Positions 19,432 through 30,684 of a stretch of DNA of 64,000 nucleotides are shown here, in pieces. Under the pieces are notes generated by a model, which searched no databases, was not told where the DNA came from, and worked only from the letters and a program-made list of their open reading frames with translations. The first letter of the stretch is position 1. Every line of letters starts with the position of its first letter. The translations under genes and the position numbers were made by a program. Source of the DNA: Aquidulcibacter sp. (GTDB lineage Bacteria; Pseudomonadota; Alphaproteobacteria; Caulobacterales; Aquidulcibacteraceae); the NCBI RefSeq assembly GCF_044346625.1, contig NZ_JBIIYV010000004.1, forward strand, positions 4,467-68,466. Reading direction: 5' to 3'.

Positions 19432-19465
19432 TCGCATTTGCAGCATGCACCTTCGCACTTGCAGC
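19432..19465. promoter_or_regulatory. Candidate operator: two 13-nt direct repeats upstream of the phasin gene
   Basis: TCGCATTTGCAGC (19432-19444) and TCGCACTTGCAGC (19453-19465) match at 12 of 13 positions and are spaced 21 bp start to start. They are TGC-rich, like PhaR-type operators. Confidence 0.4.
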
Positions 19466-19791
19466 GTCAAGCGTTTCTTGAGCAGATTGCATGGTTTTTG
19501 CGCAAATTCTTCGCAATTAAAGCCGTCGATCGGCTGTTTGCGCCCAAGCCAAATGTCGACGGGAAACCTGCAATCTTTGTTCCCCGTGGGGACGTGCTAG
19601 GAGCCTCAGAAGCTAGGATGACACGTTCGTGTGGGAGAGTTTAATTGACATAGATCAAAAGAATGCTCAAAAAAGCGGCGGCTTTCAATGTGCCCGCCCC
19701 AAAACGTAGTCCAGCCTTGCGTTGGTCTGCTGCGTTAAGCCTAAGTAAACCATAAGGTTCCTAGGCTAGCTTCATGTGCTCGGAGACCAAC

Positions 19792-21525
19792 ATGGCAAGT
19801 CACGTTTTTTCGCTCAGGCTACTCACTGCATCGGCACTGGTGGCAGCGGTTTCTTTGGCATCAACCTCGGCCACGGCCCAAGCGAACCAAAGATTTGCTC
19901 AGATCGTTGTGGATGCAGATACCCATGAAGTGATCTTTGAAGAGAACGCGCAAGCCCTGCGCCGTCCTGCCTCGATCACCAAAGTCATGACGCTCTATCT
20001 TTTGTTTGATGCGTTACAGTCGGGGAAACTCTCTTGGAATGATCAGATCGTTTTCTCCCGTTATGCCAGTGGCCAAGCGCCAACCAAATTAGGGATTGCG
20101 GCGGGCAATTCGATTTCGGTGCAGACGGCCGTTGAAGCTTTGGTTGTTCGCTCAGCAAACGATGTTGCTGCAGCGGTCGCAGAAACCTTGGGCGGATCAG
20201 AAGCCAATTTTGCGGTGATGATGACCGCAAAGGCCCGCGACCTCGGCATGGTCAATACAACATTTGCCAACGCTTCTGGCCTGCCGAGTGACCGTCAATG
20301 GACGACCGCCGAAGATCTTGCTCGTCTAGCCATCGCCATTCGCCGCGACTTTCCCGATCAGTACCATTGGTTCTCGACCCCCCAAATGGTTTTCAATGGC
20401 AAAGTCAGCAAGAACCACAACCATTTGATGGCCCGCATGGAAGGCATGGATGGTCTGAAGACGGGCTTCACGCGTAGCTCTGGCTTCAATCTAGCCGCCA
20501 CGACGGAACGCAGCGGGCGACGTATCGTGACTGTTGTTTTGGGTGGTCGGACACGCTTTTCGCGGGATGACTTTGTTGAATTGCTGACCGAGTCTGCCTT
20601 CAAAGAATTGGGCACTGGCGCAAATCTGGTTGCCGACCAGGCCACACCCTACCAATTTACCTTCAAAGACCCCCGTGACGGTGCCGATGCAGAGGCGCTG
20701 GTGATGTCGATCGCTGGCAAGGCCATGCAGCCAACTGGGGCGACCAATCTGGCGCTTGTGCGGACCGAACGGACCCGTGGGTTCGACCAAGGCAGGCCTT
20801 CAGTGTTGATGGCGGATGCAACTGCACGGCTAAATCAATCTTCCCGTTTGGCCACGGGCGGGGTGCAAACCGCTTCACTCGACCAACAGCATGGCGACGA
20901 TGAAGATCAGGCTGAAGCTGTGAGCCCACAGTCAGTCACCGCGACCAAAGCGCCAAGTCTCCCGCGCGCCACCACGCACTACATTGCATCATCTGCGATG
21001 CAGGCGGCCGCACTTCGTCCGACACTGGGTACTGGCGCTCCTTCAGAGCCGAGCGCGCAAGATGCTAAAACGGTTGAAGTGGCCGAAGTGGCTGAGGAAC
21101 AGATCCGCCTGCAAGAAGCCCGTGCCCAAGCAGTGCGGCTCGCCAACGAAAAGCGCGTCGCTGAGCGTGCCGCAGCAGATGCCCGCGCAAAGGCCACGGC
21201 AGAGCGCGAGGAGCGCACGCGTCAACAGGCCGCGCGCGCTTTAGCAGCTAAGAAGGAAAAGGACCGGCAATTGATCGCCGGACGTGCCCGTGGTGATGCG
21301 ATTGTGCAAGTCGGGGCGTTCCGCAGCCAGAGCGATGCAAAAGCGGCATTGGCCCAATTCTCCCGCCACTTCCCGTCCTTCGCCAGCGGCGAGGTCAGCA
21401 GCGTGAAGCGCTCAGACGGCGTCTGGTATCGCGCCCGCTTCTCTGGGCTGGGGTCCAGCGTAGCGCGCGAAGCCTGCCGCATCGTGTCGGGGCGCGGTGG
21501 TGCCTGTCAGATTATCGCAGACTAA
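19792..21525 (+). CDS. D-alanyl-D-alanine carboxypeptidase (PBP5/6 family) with C-terminal SPOR domain
   Basis: ORF 19774..21525. The ATG at 19792 has a GGAGA SD. The protein has a signal peptide, the motifs SITK, SAN and KTG, a charged coiled linker, and a SPOR-like end (IVQVGAFRSQSDAKAAL...VWYRARFSGL). Confidence 0.85.
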   Translation: MASHVFSLRLLTASALVAAVSLASTSATAQANQRFAQIVVDADTHEVIFEENAQALRRPASITKVMTLYLLFDALQSGKLSWNDQIVFSRYASGQAPTKLGIAAGNSISVQTAVEALVVRSANDVAAAVAETLGGSEANFAVMMTAKARDLGMVNTTFANASGLPSDRQWTTAEDLARLAIAIRRDFPDQYHWFSTPQMVFNGKVSKNHNHLMARMEGMDGLKTGFTRSSGFNLAATTERSGRRIVTVVLGGRTRFSRDDFVELLTESAFKELGTGANLVADQATPYQFTFKDPRDGADAEALVMSIAGKAMQPTGATNLALVRTERTRGFDQGRPSVLMADATARLNQSSRLATGGVQTASLDQQHGDDEDQAEAVSPQSVTATKAPSLPRATTHYIASSAMQAAALRPTLGTGAPSEPSAQDAKTVEVAEVAEEQIRLQEARAQAVRLANEKRVAERAAADARAKATAEREERTRQQAARALAAKKEKDRQLIAGRARGDAIVQVGAFRSQSDAKAALAQFSRHFPSFASGEVSSVKRSDGVWYRARFSGLGSSVAREACRIVSGRGGACQIIAD

Positions 21526-21531
21526 AACGTC

Positions 21532-21552
21532 GCGCGTTAGCGGCTAACGCGC
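21532..21552. terminator. Hairpin between convergent genes (candidate bidirectional terminator)
   Basis: GCGCGTTAG-CGG-CTAACGCGC is a perfect 9-bp stem. It lies between the carboxypeptidase stop (21525) and the guaA stop (21554). Confidence 0.55.
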
Positions 21553-21553
21553 C

Positions 21554-23116
21554 CTACTCCCACTCAATCGTGCCCGGTGGCTTAGACGTCACGTCATAAA
21601 CCACGCGATTGATGCCTTTGACTTCATTGACAATGCGGGTCGCGACCCGGCCCAAGAATGCCATGTCAAACGGGAAGAAGTCTGCCGTCATGCCGTCGGT
21701 TGAGGTAACGGCGCGCAAAGCGCAGACATGGTCGTAGGTGCGATGATCGCCCATGACGCCAACGGTCTTGACTGGCAAGAGCACGGCGAACGCCTGCCAG
21801 ATGGTGTCATAAAGGCCATTATTGCGTAATTCTTCCAGATAGATGGCATCGGCCTTACGCAAGATATCCGCCTTCTCCTGCGTGATCTCGCCAGGAATGC
21901 GGATGGCAAGGCCCGGCCCGGGGAATGGATGGCGGCCAACAAAGGCTTCGTTCAGGCCGAGTTCCTGGCCCAATGCGCGCACTTCATCCTTGAACAATTC
22001 GCGCAAGGGCTCAACCAGTTTCAAATTCATCCGCTCTGGCAGACCGCCGACATTGTGGTGGCTCTTGATCGTGACAGATGGGCCGCCATCGAAAGAGACG
22101 CTCTCGATCACGTCTGGATAAAGCGTGCCTTGCGCCAAGAACCCTGCGCCCCCAACCATGCGCGCCTTTTCCTCAAAGACGTCGATGAAGAGCTTGCCAA
22201 TCGTCTTGCGCTTGGTTTCAGGATCGCTAACCCCTGAGAGCGCACCTAAGAAGCGCGCGCTTTCGTCAGCATGGATGAGCGGGATATTGTAATGGTCCCG
22301 GAAAAGCGAAACGACTTGGTCGCTTTCCCCTGCCCGCATGAGCCCATGATCGACATAGACGCAGGTCAATTGATCGCCAATCGCCTCATGGATCAGCACA
22401 GCGGCGACAGAGCTATCAACCCCGCCGGAGAGACCGCAAATGACTTTGCTGGTGCCGACTTGCGCGCGGATGCGCTCAATGGCCTCTTCGCGGAACGCCG
22501 CCATGGTCCAATCACCACGCATGCCTGCGATCTTGCGGACGAAGTTATGGATCAGCTTAGCGCCATCTGGCGTATGAACCACTTCTGGGTGGAACATCAC
22601 GGTGTAGAAGCGGCGTGCTTCATCGGTGGCCACCGCAAAGGGCGCGTTCTCGCTGGTTGCTTTGACGCTGAAGCCGTCCGGCAATTGGGTGACGCGGTCG
22701 CCATGGCTCATCCAAACCGGATAGCGGCTACCAATTTCCCAGACGCCCTCGAACAAAGCGCTAGGGGCCAGAATTTCAACATCAGCGCGACCAAACTCAG
22801 CCGCATGACCACTTTCAACCACCCCGCCCAATTGGGTCGCCAAAGTCTGTTGGCCATAGCAAATTGCTAGAATGGGCACGCCCAGCTCAAACACGGCTTG
22901 GGGTGCACGCGGCGAGCCCGCATCACACACGCTGGCCGGCCCGCCGGATAAGATTATCGCTTTGGGATCAAACCCGGCATCCAGCACCGCTTGGGCGCGA
23001 TTATAGGGATGGACTTCGCAATAGACGCCCGCCTCTCGCACGCGCCGTGCGATCAGTTGTGTCACTTGAGAGCCGAAATCGATGATGAGGATGTGTTCGT
23101 GGGTCGCTTGCGTCAT
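21554..23116 (-). CDS. guaA: GMP synthase (glutamine-hydrolysing)
   Basis: 520 aa. It has an N-terminal GATase domain, the ATP pyrophosphatase P-loop SGGVDSS, and the C-terminal end PPGTIEWE. Confidence 0.92.
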   Translation of the reverse strand: MTQATHEHILIIDFGSQVTQLIARRVREAGVYCEVHPYNRAQAVLDAGFDPKAIILSGGPASVCDAGSPRAPQAVFELGVPILAICYGQQTLATQLGGVVESGHAAEFGRADVEILAPSALFEGVWEIGSRYPVWMSHGDRVTQLPDGFSVKATSENAPFAVATDEARRFYTVMFHPEVVHTPDGAKLIHNFVRKIAGMRGDWTMAAFREEAIERIRAQVGTSKVICGLSGGVDSSVAAVLIHEAIGDQLTCVYVDHGLMRAGESDQVVSLFRDHYNIPLIHADESARFLGALSGVSDPETKRKTIGKLFIDVFEEKARMVGGAGFLAQGTLYPDVIESVSFDGGPSVTIKSHHNVGGLPERMNLKLVEPLRELFKDEVRALGQELGLNEAFVGRHPFPGPGLAIRIPGEITQEKADILRKADAIYLEELRNNGLYDTIWQAFAVLLPVKTVGVMGDHRTYDHVCALRAVTSTDGMTADFFPFDMAFLGRVATRIVNEVKGINRVVYDVTSKPPGTIEWE

Positions 23117-23178
23117 CGAGGCGGTTTAGCGGGATGCGGGCGCAGGGGAAAGACCCCCGCGCCACACGCCAACAGTTC

Positions 23179-23721
23179 TTATGGCTTGGCCCCTTGCATG
23201 GCCGCCCCGCGGATCGGATCAAAGCGGGCGGCCTGGGCATCGACATCGATATTGGCCCCGTGCGCGATCTTCCAACCCTCCGCCAGTTTGACATAAACCA
23301 AGCTCATACGGCTCTCATGCGGTGGGGCCACGTCGCCACTGGGCGTCTTGAACGCATCCATGTGCCAATGCACGACTGCGACCACAACCGTCGGGGCAAT
23401 CGGAGTAAGCGATTCCACCGCTAGCAGCTTTTGCTGGACGCCATTGAACATGAGGTAGAAATAGACCCGGTGGGCACGGTCCACTTCTTCAAAGCCCTGC
23501 CAATGCATGGCTTTCACATTGACCCAATGCACATTGGGCGCATAGAGCCTGCCCATGGCGTCCAGATCGCTGATATTCCACAGGTGCTCATAGTCCTTAA
23601 TCGCTGCACGGATCGCCGTCTCATCACTTGCAGCTAAACCCTGCGATGCGGCCAGTGCTGTTTGTGTCATCGCCATTCCTCCAACTGCGCCCATAAGTGC
23701 CAAAAGATTTCGTCTAAGCAT
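23179..23721 (-). CDS. Secreted NTF2-like (SnoaL/DUF4440, SgcJ/EcaC-type) protein
   Basis: 180 aa. It has the signal peptide MLRRNLLALMGAVGGMAMTQTALA followed by an NTF2-like pattern (IRAAIKDYEHLWN...YAPNVHWVN...). Confidence 0.6.
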   Translation of the reverse strand: MLRRNLLALMGAVGGMAMTQTALAASQGLAASDETAIRAAIKDYEHLWNISDLDAMGRLYAPNVHWVNVKAMHWQGFEEVDRAHRVYFYLMFNGVQQKLLAVESLTPIAPTVVVAVVHWHMDAFKTPSGDVAPPHESRMSLVYVKLAEGWKIAHGANIDVDAQAARFDPIRGAAMQGAKP

Positions 23722-23759
23722 GATGTGCCTCCAAATCGTGGCACCTGTTTAAACGCCTG

Positions 23760-24704
23760 TCAGATGGCGCACTTGAACAAATCGGACATTTCAGGGCCAA
23801 CAACAGCAAGCGTTGAAATAGCCTGCATCTTTGCGGCAAAGGTTTGCGGTGTCATCCCGCTTAACGCCCGGGCTTCGCGCGACAGGTGCGCTTCATCGGC
23901 ATAGCCAGCTTCCGCGGCAATCTGTGCCCAAGCTTGACTTGGGTTTTTTCTTTGCGCCGCCAAAGCAGCCTCAAAGCGAGTAAGCCGACCGTAAAGCTTT
24001 GGCGTCACCCCAACATCGCTCAAAAACCGACGCTGAAGCTGTCTCGCACTCAAACCCGCCCGATCTGCCAACTGGCGGACACTAACCCTACCGCCCGTTT
24101 TCGCGACGAGGCGGGCAATATGGTCAATCTCGTCAAAGGGCCTCGCATGATCGAGCCAGCCAGCAATCCAAGCTTGCGCGAGTGCAACCCTTTGCTCAAA
24201 CGTCACGCTTTGGGCTAAATCGGCTTCCAATTGCGCTGTTTGCCTTTTCAGCTCATCGGCCAGCGACAAGCCTTCATCGACCGTCTCGGTCATCTGCACG
24301 CCAAATAGCCGGGCGAGGCCCGTAGGCTGGAAGCGGATCGTGAAGGTCTCAATCTCCCCCACAAAGCCAAGATCTTTTCCAGGTACGCTGGTGACCCCTA
24401 CAAGAACACTCGCCGGCGTGGCGCTGAACCCAGCGCCATTCTCACGCACCAAATAAGGTTCGCGGAAATAGAACTCAATGAATTGATCAGGACGGGCATT
24501 TAAGGCGCGAATGACATTGATGGATTTGAAGTCAGCCCGGCGTTCCCCAAAGGATACGACGATGCGACGCAAACTGGGGTGCGGCGAAACCTGCCTTATC
24601 TGAATCGCTGAGGGCGGCTTTGCCAAACTCTGCGGGTTACGAAGGCCCATAAGCATTCTTTCTTTGAGTGGCCTAATTTGTCGCATATCGACGCTATTGG
24701 TCAA
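23760..24704 (-). CDS. AraC family transcriptional regulator
   Basis: 314 aa. It has a C-terminal double HTH (VRQLADRAGLSARQLQRRF...IAAEAGYADEAHLSREARALSGMTP). Confidence 0.8.
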   Translation of the reverse strand: MTNSVDMRQIRPLKERMLMGLRNPQSLAKPPSAIQIRQVSPHPSLRRIVVSFGERRADFKSINVIRALNARPDQFIEFYFREPYLVRENGAGFSATPASVLVGVTSVPGKDLGFVGEIETFTIRFQPTGLARLFGVQMTETVDEGLSLADELKRQTAQLEADLAQSVTFEQRVALAQAWIAGWLDHARPFDEIDHIARLVAKTGGRVSVRQLADRAGLSARQLQRRFLSDVGVTPKLYGRLTRFEAALAAQRKNPSQAWAQIAAEAGYADEAHLSREARALSGMTPQTFAAKMQAISTLAVVGPEMSDLFKCAI

Positions 24705-24765
24705 GCAAAGGGCTTAAGTTAGTCTGCGGAAGATAGGATTCGCCGAGCGAACGGGGCAAAAATCA

Positions 24766-26010
24766 GTGGCACGGATTGGCATTGCGGGGTGCGGCATTGG
24801 TGGGCTCGCCACGGCACTCTTTCTTCACGACCAAGGCCATGATGTTTGCTTGTTTGAACGCTTTCAACAGCCAAGCCCGCTGGGTTCTGGCCTGTTACTG
24901 CAACCAACTGGGCAAGCAGTCCTTGCCCGGCTGGGGCTTCTTGATGTGGTTCTAGCCAATGGCGCGCGCATCGATCGCCTGTTTGGGACCGCAGCGCCTC
25001 ATGGCAGAACGATTTTCGATCTTACCTATGACCGATTAGGGTCAGATCGTTTCGGGATAGGTGTGCACCGCGCCAGTCTCTTTCAAGCGCTTTGGCAAAA
25101 GGTCGGCGATGTTGGGATCAAGGTTATCGTCAACACCCATTTGGTGTCGCGCGCATTTGAGGGTCACCAAAGCTTCCTGATCGATCAAGCTGGCGAACGC
25201 TTTGGTCCGTTTGATTTGGTAGTGGATGCGTCGGGCAGCCATTCTGATCTGGCCAATAGCCTTGGTGCCAAAAGCCCGAAACCATTTGCCTATGGCGCTG
25301 TTTGGGCAAGTCCACTCAATACCAGCGGGATTAAAAACACGCTTTCCCAGCGCTATGTGAACGCCCATACGATGGTTGGGCTTTTGCCCATTGGCCAAGT
25401 GCCGGGCGATCCTCGCCCGCGCGTCGCTTTTTTCTGGAGTTTAAAGCCCGAGCTTTATGCGACTTGGGTGGCTCAATTTGAGGTCTGGAAAAAGGATGTC
25501 GTGGCACTTTGGCCTGAAACCAAGGAGATTGTTGCTCAATTTTCAGCGCCAAGCGACCTGACATTGGCGCGCTATGGACAACGCACTTTGAAGCGACCGT
25601 TCGCGCCGGGTCTCGTGCACATTGGCGACGCGGCCCATCAGACGAGCCCGCAATTAGGGCAAGGAGCCAACTCCGCTTTGTTAGACGCGGCCATCTTGGC
25701 AGACTCGATAGCGCTTAGCGGGTTGGACGATGTCGGTGCGCGATTTGCCAAAGCACGTCGCGCGCCGATTCAATTTTATCAGGCGGCAAGCTGGCTGCTT
25801 ACGCCCTTCTTCCAGTCGGACGTCCATTTTCTGGCCCTTTTGCGTGACCTGATGTTTCAGCCACTTGCAGCCATCCCCTATTTCCGCACGGAAATGACCA
25901 AGACCTTTGCTGGCATCAAGACAGGCCTTCTCACGAGCTCTGCGCCCGAAACATTGGCTCGCTTGGCATCAAACGAACAGCTCAAGCTGCCCGTTGCAGA
26001 CCACAAATAA
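24766..26010 (+). CDS. FAD-dependent monooxygenase
   Basis: 414 aa with a GTG start. It has the dinucleotide fold IGIAGCGIGGLATALFL and the GD motif HIGDAAHQTSPQLGQGAN. Confidence 0.8.
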   Translation: MARIGIAGCGIGGLATALFLHDQGHDVCLFERFQQPSPLGSGLLLQPTGQAVLARLGLLDVVLANGARIDRLFGTAAPHGRTIFDLTYDRLGSDRFGIGVHRASLFQALWQKVGDVGIKVIVNTHLVSRAFEGHQSFLIDQAGERFGPFDLVVDASGSHSDLANSLGAKSPKPFAYGAVWASPLNTSGIKNTLSQRYVNAHTMVGLLPIGQVPGDPRPRVAFFWSLKPELYATWVAQFEVWKKDVVALWPETKEIVAQFSAPSDLTLARYGQRTLKRPFAPGLVHIGDAAHQTSPQLGQGANSALLDAAILADSIALSGLDDVGARFAKARRAPIQFYQAASWLLTPFFQSDVHFLALLRDLMFQPLAAIPYFRTEMTKTFAGIKTGLLTSSAPETLARLASNEQLKLPVADHK

Positions 26011-27307
26011 AGAAACCATCCGTACCCGTCGCTAATGGCGTCATCTGCAAGCCGGGCCCTGCCCTATGGCAATGGGCTAACAGCCCGCTCAAACCAGCCT
26101 CGGATACCAAAGTCGTCGGATTGACTGCCGCAAAGGTTGGATTGGCGGCAAGAAAGGTCTTAATGGTGTCCTCATTCTCTTCGGGTAGAATTGAACAGGT
26201 CACATACATGAGACGGCCGCCGGGCTTTACCAAGGGCGCGCCCAATGCCAGTGCCAGCGCCTGTTCTTGTTGACGCTTTTCCAAAGCGCCGGGCCGCAAA
26301 CGCCATTTGGAATCGGGTGCGCGACGCCACGTGCCAGAACCCGTACAGGGCGCATCGATGAAAACGATATCCATCAGGTCATGGAGATCGCTAAGCACAT
26401 CCTGATCCCGCTTGGGCGTACGGACTTGGCAATTGCGCACCCCTGCCCGCTCAATCCGCTCGTGGCAATTGGACAGCCGTCGGCTATCGACATCATAGGC
26501 GTAAAGCTGGCCTTTATTCTCCATAAGCGCGGCAAGCGCCAAGGTTTTACCGCCACCGCCAGCGCACACATCGGCAATCTGCATACCGGGCTTTGCCCCT
26601 GACAGACGCGCGGCCAGTTGGCTGCCTTCATCTTGAACCTCAAAGCCACCCTTCACAAAGGCCTCTTCCTTAGCCCAAGGAAAGGTACGCCCTTGTTGCC
26701 ACGGAATGCGAATGCCATCCGGCGACCATGGGGTGATAAAGGCGGACGGGCTGCCGTCCTCGCGCACTTTAAGCTGGGTGGATGACAATAAATCTTCCAA
26801 CACGGTTTCTGGTTTCGCTTTCAGACGATTGACGCGCAGGTCGAGTGGCGCAGGTGCTGCCAAAGCGGCCGCTTCAGCAGCACGTTCATCACCCAAGACG
26901 CGGGCAAAGCTTGCATCCAGCCATTCGGGATAATCGCCGCGCACATGGTCGGGCGCGCCGTCCAAGGTCGCCTGAGCAAGGGCTGTGCGTTCTGCCTCGG
27001 TCAGTGGGCTATAGGCGTGGGTTTCTTCATAGGCATCTTTTTCAAGGCTCTCAGCGGTGCGTCCAAAGCCCCAACGTAATGCGCCTAAGACCCAAGCCCG
27101 GGGATCATCCAGGCCCATGCGAAAGGCGCTCGACGCCTTCCAGCGCAGGGCACCGAACACGATGTCACCAATTTGTGCCCGGTCGCCAGAGCCAGCAAAC
27201 CGGTGGCTCAAGCCCCATTCTTTCAGAACGTCCGCGGGCGGGCGTTTGCGGGCTTCGACATCTGTCAAAACTTCAATGGCGGCTTGGGCACGGGCACCGG
27301 GGCGCAT
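25982..27307 (-). CDS. RsmB/NOP-family class I SAM-dependent RNA m5C methyltransferase
   Basis: 441 aa. It has the SAM motif DVCAGGGGKT and catalytic Cys motifs DAPCTGSGT and YVTCS. It overlaps the convergent monooxygenase 3' end by 29 bp. Confidence 0.8.
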   Translation of the reverse strand: MRPGARAQAAIEVLTDVEARKRPPADVLKEWGLSHRFAGSGDRAQIGDIVFGALRWKASSAFRMGLDDPRAWVLGALRWGFGRTAESLEKDAYEETHAYSPLTEAERTALAQATLDGAPDHVRGDYPEWLDASFARVLGDERAAEAAALAAPAPLDLRVNRLKAKPETVLEDLLSSTQLKVREDGSPSAFITPWSPDGIRIPWQQGRTFPWAKEEAFVKGGFEVQDEGSQLAARLSGAKPGMQIADVCAGGGGKTLALAALMENKGQLYAYDVDSRRLSNCHERIERAGVRNCQVRTPKRDQDVLSDLHDLMDIVFIDAPCTGSGTWRRAPDSKWRLRPGALEKRQQEQALALALGAPLVKPGGRLMYVTCSILPEENEDTIKTFLAANPTFAAVNPTTLVSEAGLSGLLAHCHRAGPGLQMTPLATGTDGFFICGLQRAA

Positions 27308-27311
27308 AACT

Positions 27312-27791
27312 TCAATCTTTCAGGGTGCGCGACAGATAGGTCACGCTTTTGCCGTTGGACAAAGTCGCTTGCCCGACGGGAGTAAAGCCAAGAGCGGCAT
27401 GGAATTGATCAGAAACTGGGTTCGGCGGATCAGAATTGACCTCGCAGACAACCTGCTCATACCCGTCAGCCCGCGCACTTGCAAACAAGCCTTCATAGAA
27501 GCGTCGTGCAATCCCTTGCCCGCGCGCGTGTGCTGCCACCACAATCCGGTCGACATAGACAAACTTGTCCATCCGCTCAACAAACCAGACAAAGTTCGGG
27601 CTGTCATAAGCCGAGGTTGGAATAAAGGTGATGAGAAAACCAAGATCGGGCCGCGCAACTTGGCTGAGGTAGGAAGCCTCTACCAAATTGCTCAAACGGT
27701 CTTCATCTAAAGGCCCGGTTTCCACTTGATTGGCATTGCCAAGGGCAATTACCCACGCAAAATCCGCCCGTGACAGGACTTCAATCGTCAC
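27312..27791 (-). CDS. GNAT family N-acetyltransferase
   Basis: 159 aa with the motif AHARGQGIARRFYE. It is packed between guaB and the rsmB-like gene with 5-nt and 4-nt gaps. Confidence 0.7.
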   Translation of the reverse strand: MTIEVLSRADFAWVIALGNANQVETGPLDEDRLSNLVEASYLSQVARPDLGFLITFIPTSAYDSPNFVWFVERMDKFVYVDRIVVAAHARGQGIARRFYEGLFASARADGYEQVVCEVNSDPPNPVSDQFHAALGFTPVGQATLSNGKSVTYLSRTLKD

Positions 27792-27796
27792 GAGGC

Positions 27797-29356
<1,560 letters not shown>

Positions 29357-29428
29357 TCACAAACGAAAAAAGCCTGCCGGCCCAAGGGAGACAGCAGGCT
29401 TTCACAAAAGAACTTTGGGCCAGAGGCC

Positions 29429-30661
29429 TTAGCGGCCGCTCGGCAAATCCTTGAACGCGACATCCTTGTCGACGCGGACATCGCCGGGCAGGCCCAAGAT
29501 ACGCTCCGCAATGATGTTCTTCAGGATTTCATCTGTCCCGCCAGCAATCCGTAAGCCGGCAGCCCACATATGGCTTTGCTGGAATACGCCTTCAGATGGG
29601 GCATAAGCCGCATCGGTGATGATGCCGAAATGGTCCATCGATTCCATGGCGTTATGGGTGATGTCTTGGAGCTGATTGGCGGTGATGATTTTGCCAATCG
29701 AGCTCTCAGGACCCGGTGTCTGCCCCTTGGACAAAGCCGTCATGGTGCGGAATTTGGCCAACTTGTAGCCTTCAGCCCGCACAAACCAATCAGCCACTTT
29801 TTGACGGAAGCTTTGATCTTCAGCCAAAGTGCCACCATCTTGGCCGGGCATGGTTTTTGCCCACTCAAAGATCTCTTTGTAGTCCGGGCCGGGGCTGCCG
29901 CCGACGGCCAAGCGCTCGTTCATCAAGGTGACCAGAGCGACGGACCAGCCATTGCCTTCCCCGCCTAACATCTGACTGTTTGGCACACGCACATCGGTGA
30001 AATAGACTTCGTTGAAGTTTGACCCGCCCGACATTTGGTGAATGGGGCGAACTTCAATGCCGGGGCTCTTCATGTCGATGAAGAACATCGACAAGCCCTT
30101 GTGCTTGGCCTTGTCTGCATTGGTGCGTACCAAAACGATCCCCCAATCGGAATAGTGCGCACCAGAGGTCCACACTTTCTGACCATTGATCACCCAATCA
30201 TCACCATCGCGTACGGCCTTGGTTTTAAGGCCTGCGACGTCAGACCCGGCAGAGGGTTCTGAGAATAATTGGCACCAGATCTCTTCCCCGCGCAATGCCG
30301 GGCCGACGTGCCGCTCTTTCTGGGCGTCGGTCGCAAAGGCGATCACGGTGGGCACGCACATGCCAAGGCCAATGGTGAATGGCCCTGCGGGGGCGTCAAA
30401 CTTGCCCTCTTCTTGGCCAAAGATGACCGAGAAAATTGGCGCGAGGCCCTGCCCGCCTTGCTCTTTCGGCCAAGTAATCCCGGCAAAGCCGTTTTCGGCT
30501 TTGGCCTTTTGATAGGCCTTAGCTGCCAGCATATATTCCTTGTCAGACAAGCGCTTCTGTAAGCTCTCCGTCTGGCCGGCTCTGGGTTCTAGTTGAGCGG
30601 CCAAGAAGCCCTGAGCACGTTGACGGAAGGCTGCTTCTTCTGGGGTATCATTGAAGTCCAT
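29429..30661 (-). CDS. Acyl-CoA dehydrogenase family protein
   Basis: The start is trimmed to the ATG at 30661 (MDFNDTPEEAAFR) with a GGAGA SD. ACAD N-, middle and C-terminal patterns are present (WCQLFSEPSAGSD, ...GGTDEILKNIIAE). Confidence 0.85.
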   Translation of the reverse strand: MDFNDTPEEAAFRQRAQGFLAAQLEPRAGQTESLQKRLSDKEYMLAAKAYQKAKAENGFAGITWPKEQGGQGLAPIFSVIFGQEEGKFDAPAGPFTIGLGMCVPTVIAFATDAQKERHVGPALRGEEIWCQLFSEPSAGSDVAGLKTKAVRDGDDWVINGQKVWTSGAHYSDWGIVLVRTNADKAKHKGLSMFFIDMKSPGIEVRPIHQMSGGSNFNEVYFTDVRVPNSQMLGGEGNGWSVALVTLMNERLAVGGSPGPDYKEIFEWAKTMPGQDGGTLAEDQSFRQKVADWFVRAEGYKLAKFRTMTALSKGQTPGPESSIGKIITANQLQDITHNAMESMDHFGIITDAAYAPSEGVFQQSHMWAAGLRIAGGTDEILKNIIAERILGLPGDVRVDKDVAFKDLPSGR

Positions 30662-30684
30662 AAGTATCTCCATCCATCCAAGAG

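Noticed and set aside
21522-21540. Recurrent string ACGTCGCG(0-2 nt)GTTA(A)G in three intergenic spots (21526, 36920 and 42102). Two of these immediately follow stop codons as CTAAAACGTCGCG.
   Set aside because: The shared core is only 12-13 nt. Matches of that length are expected by chance in 64 kb, and I cannot exhaustively count coding-region occurrences by eye. It would only be worth a motif search on the whole genome.
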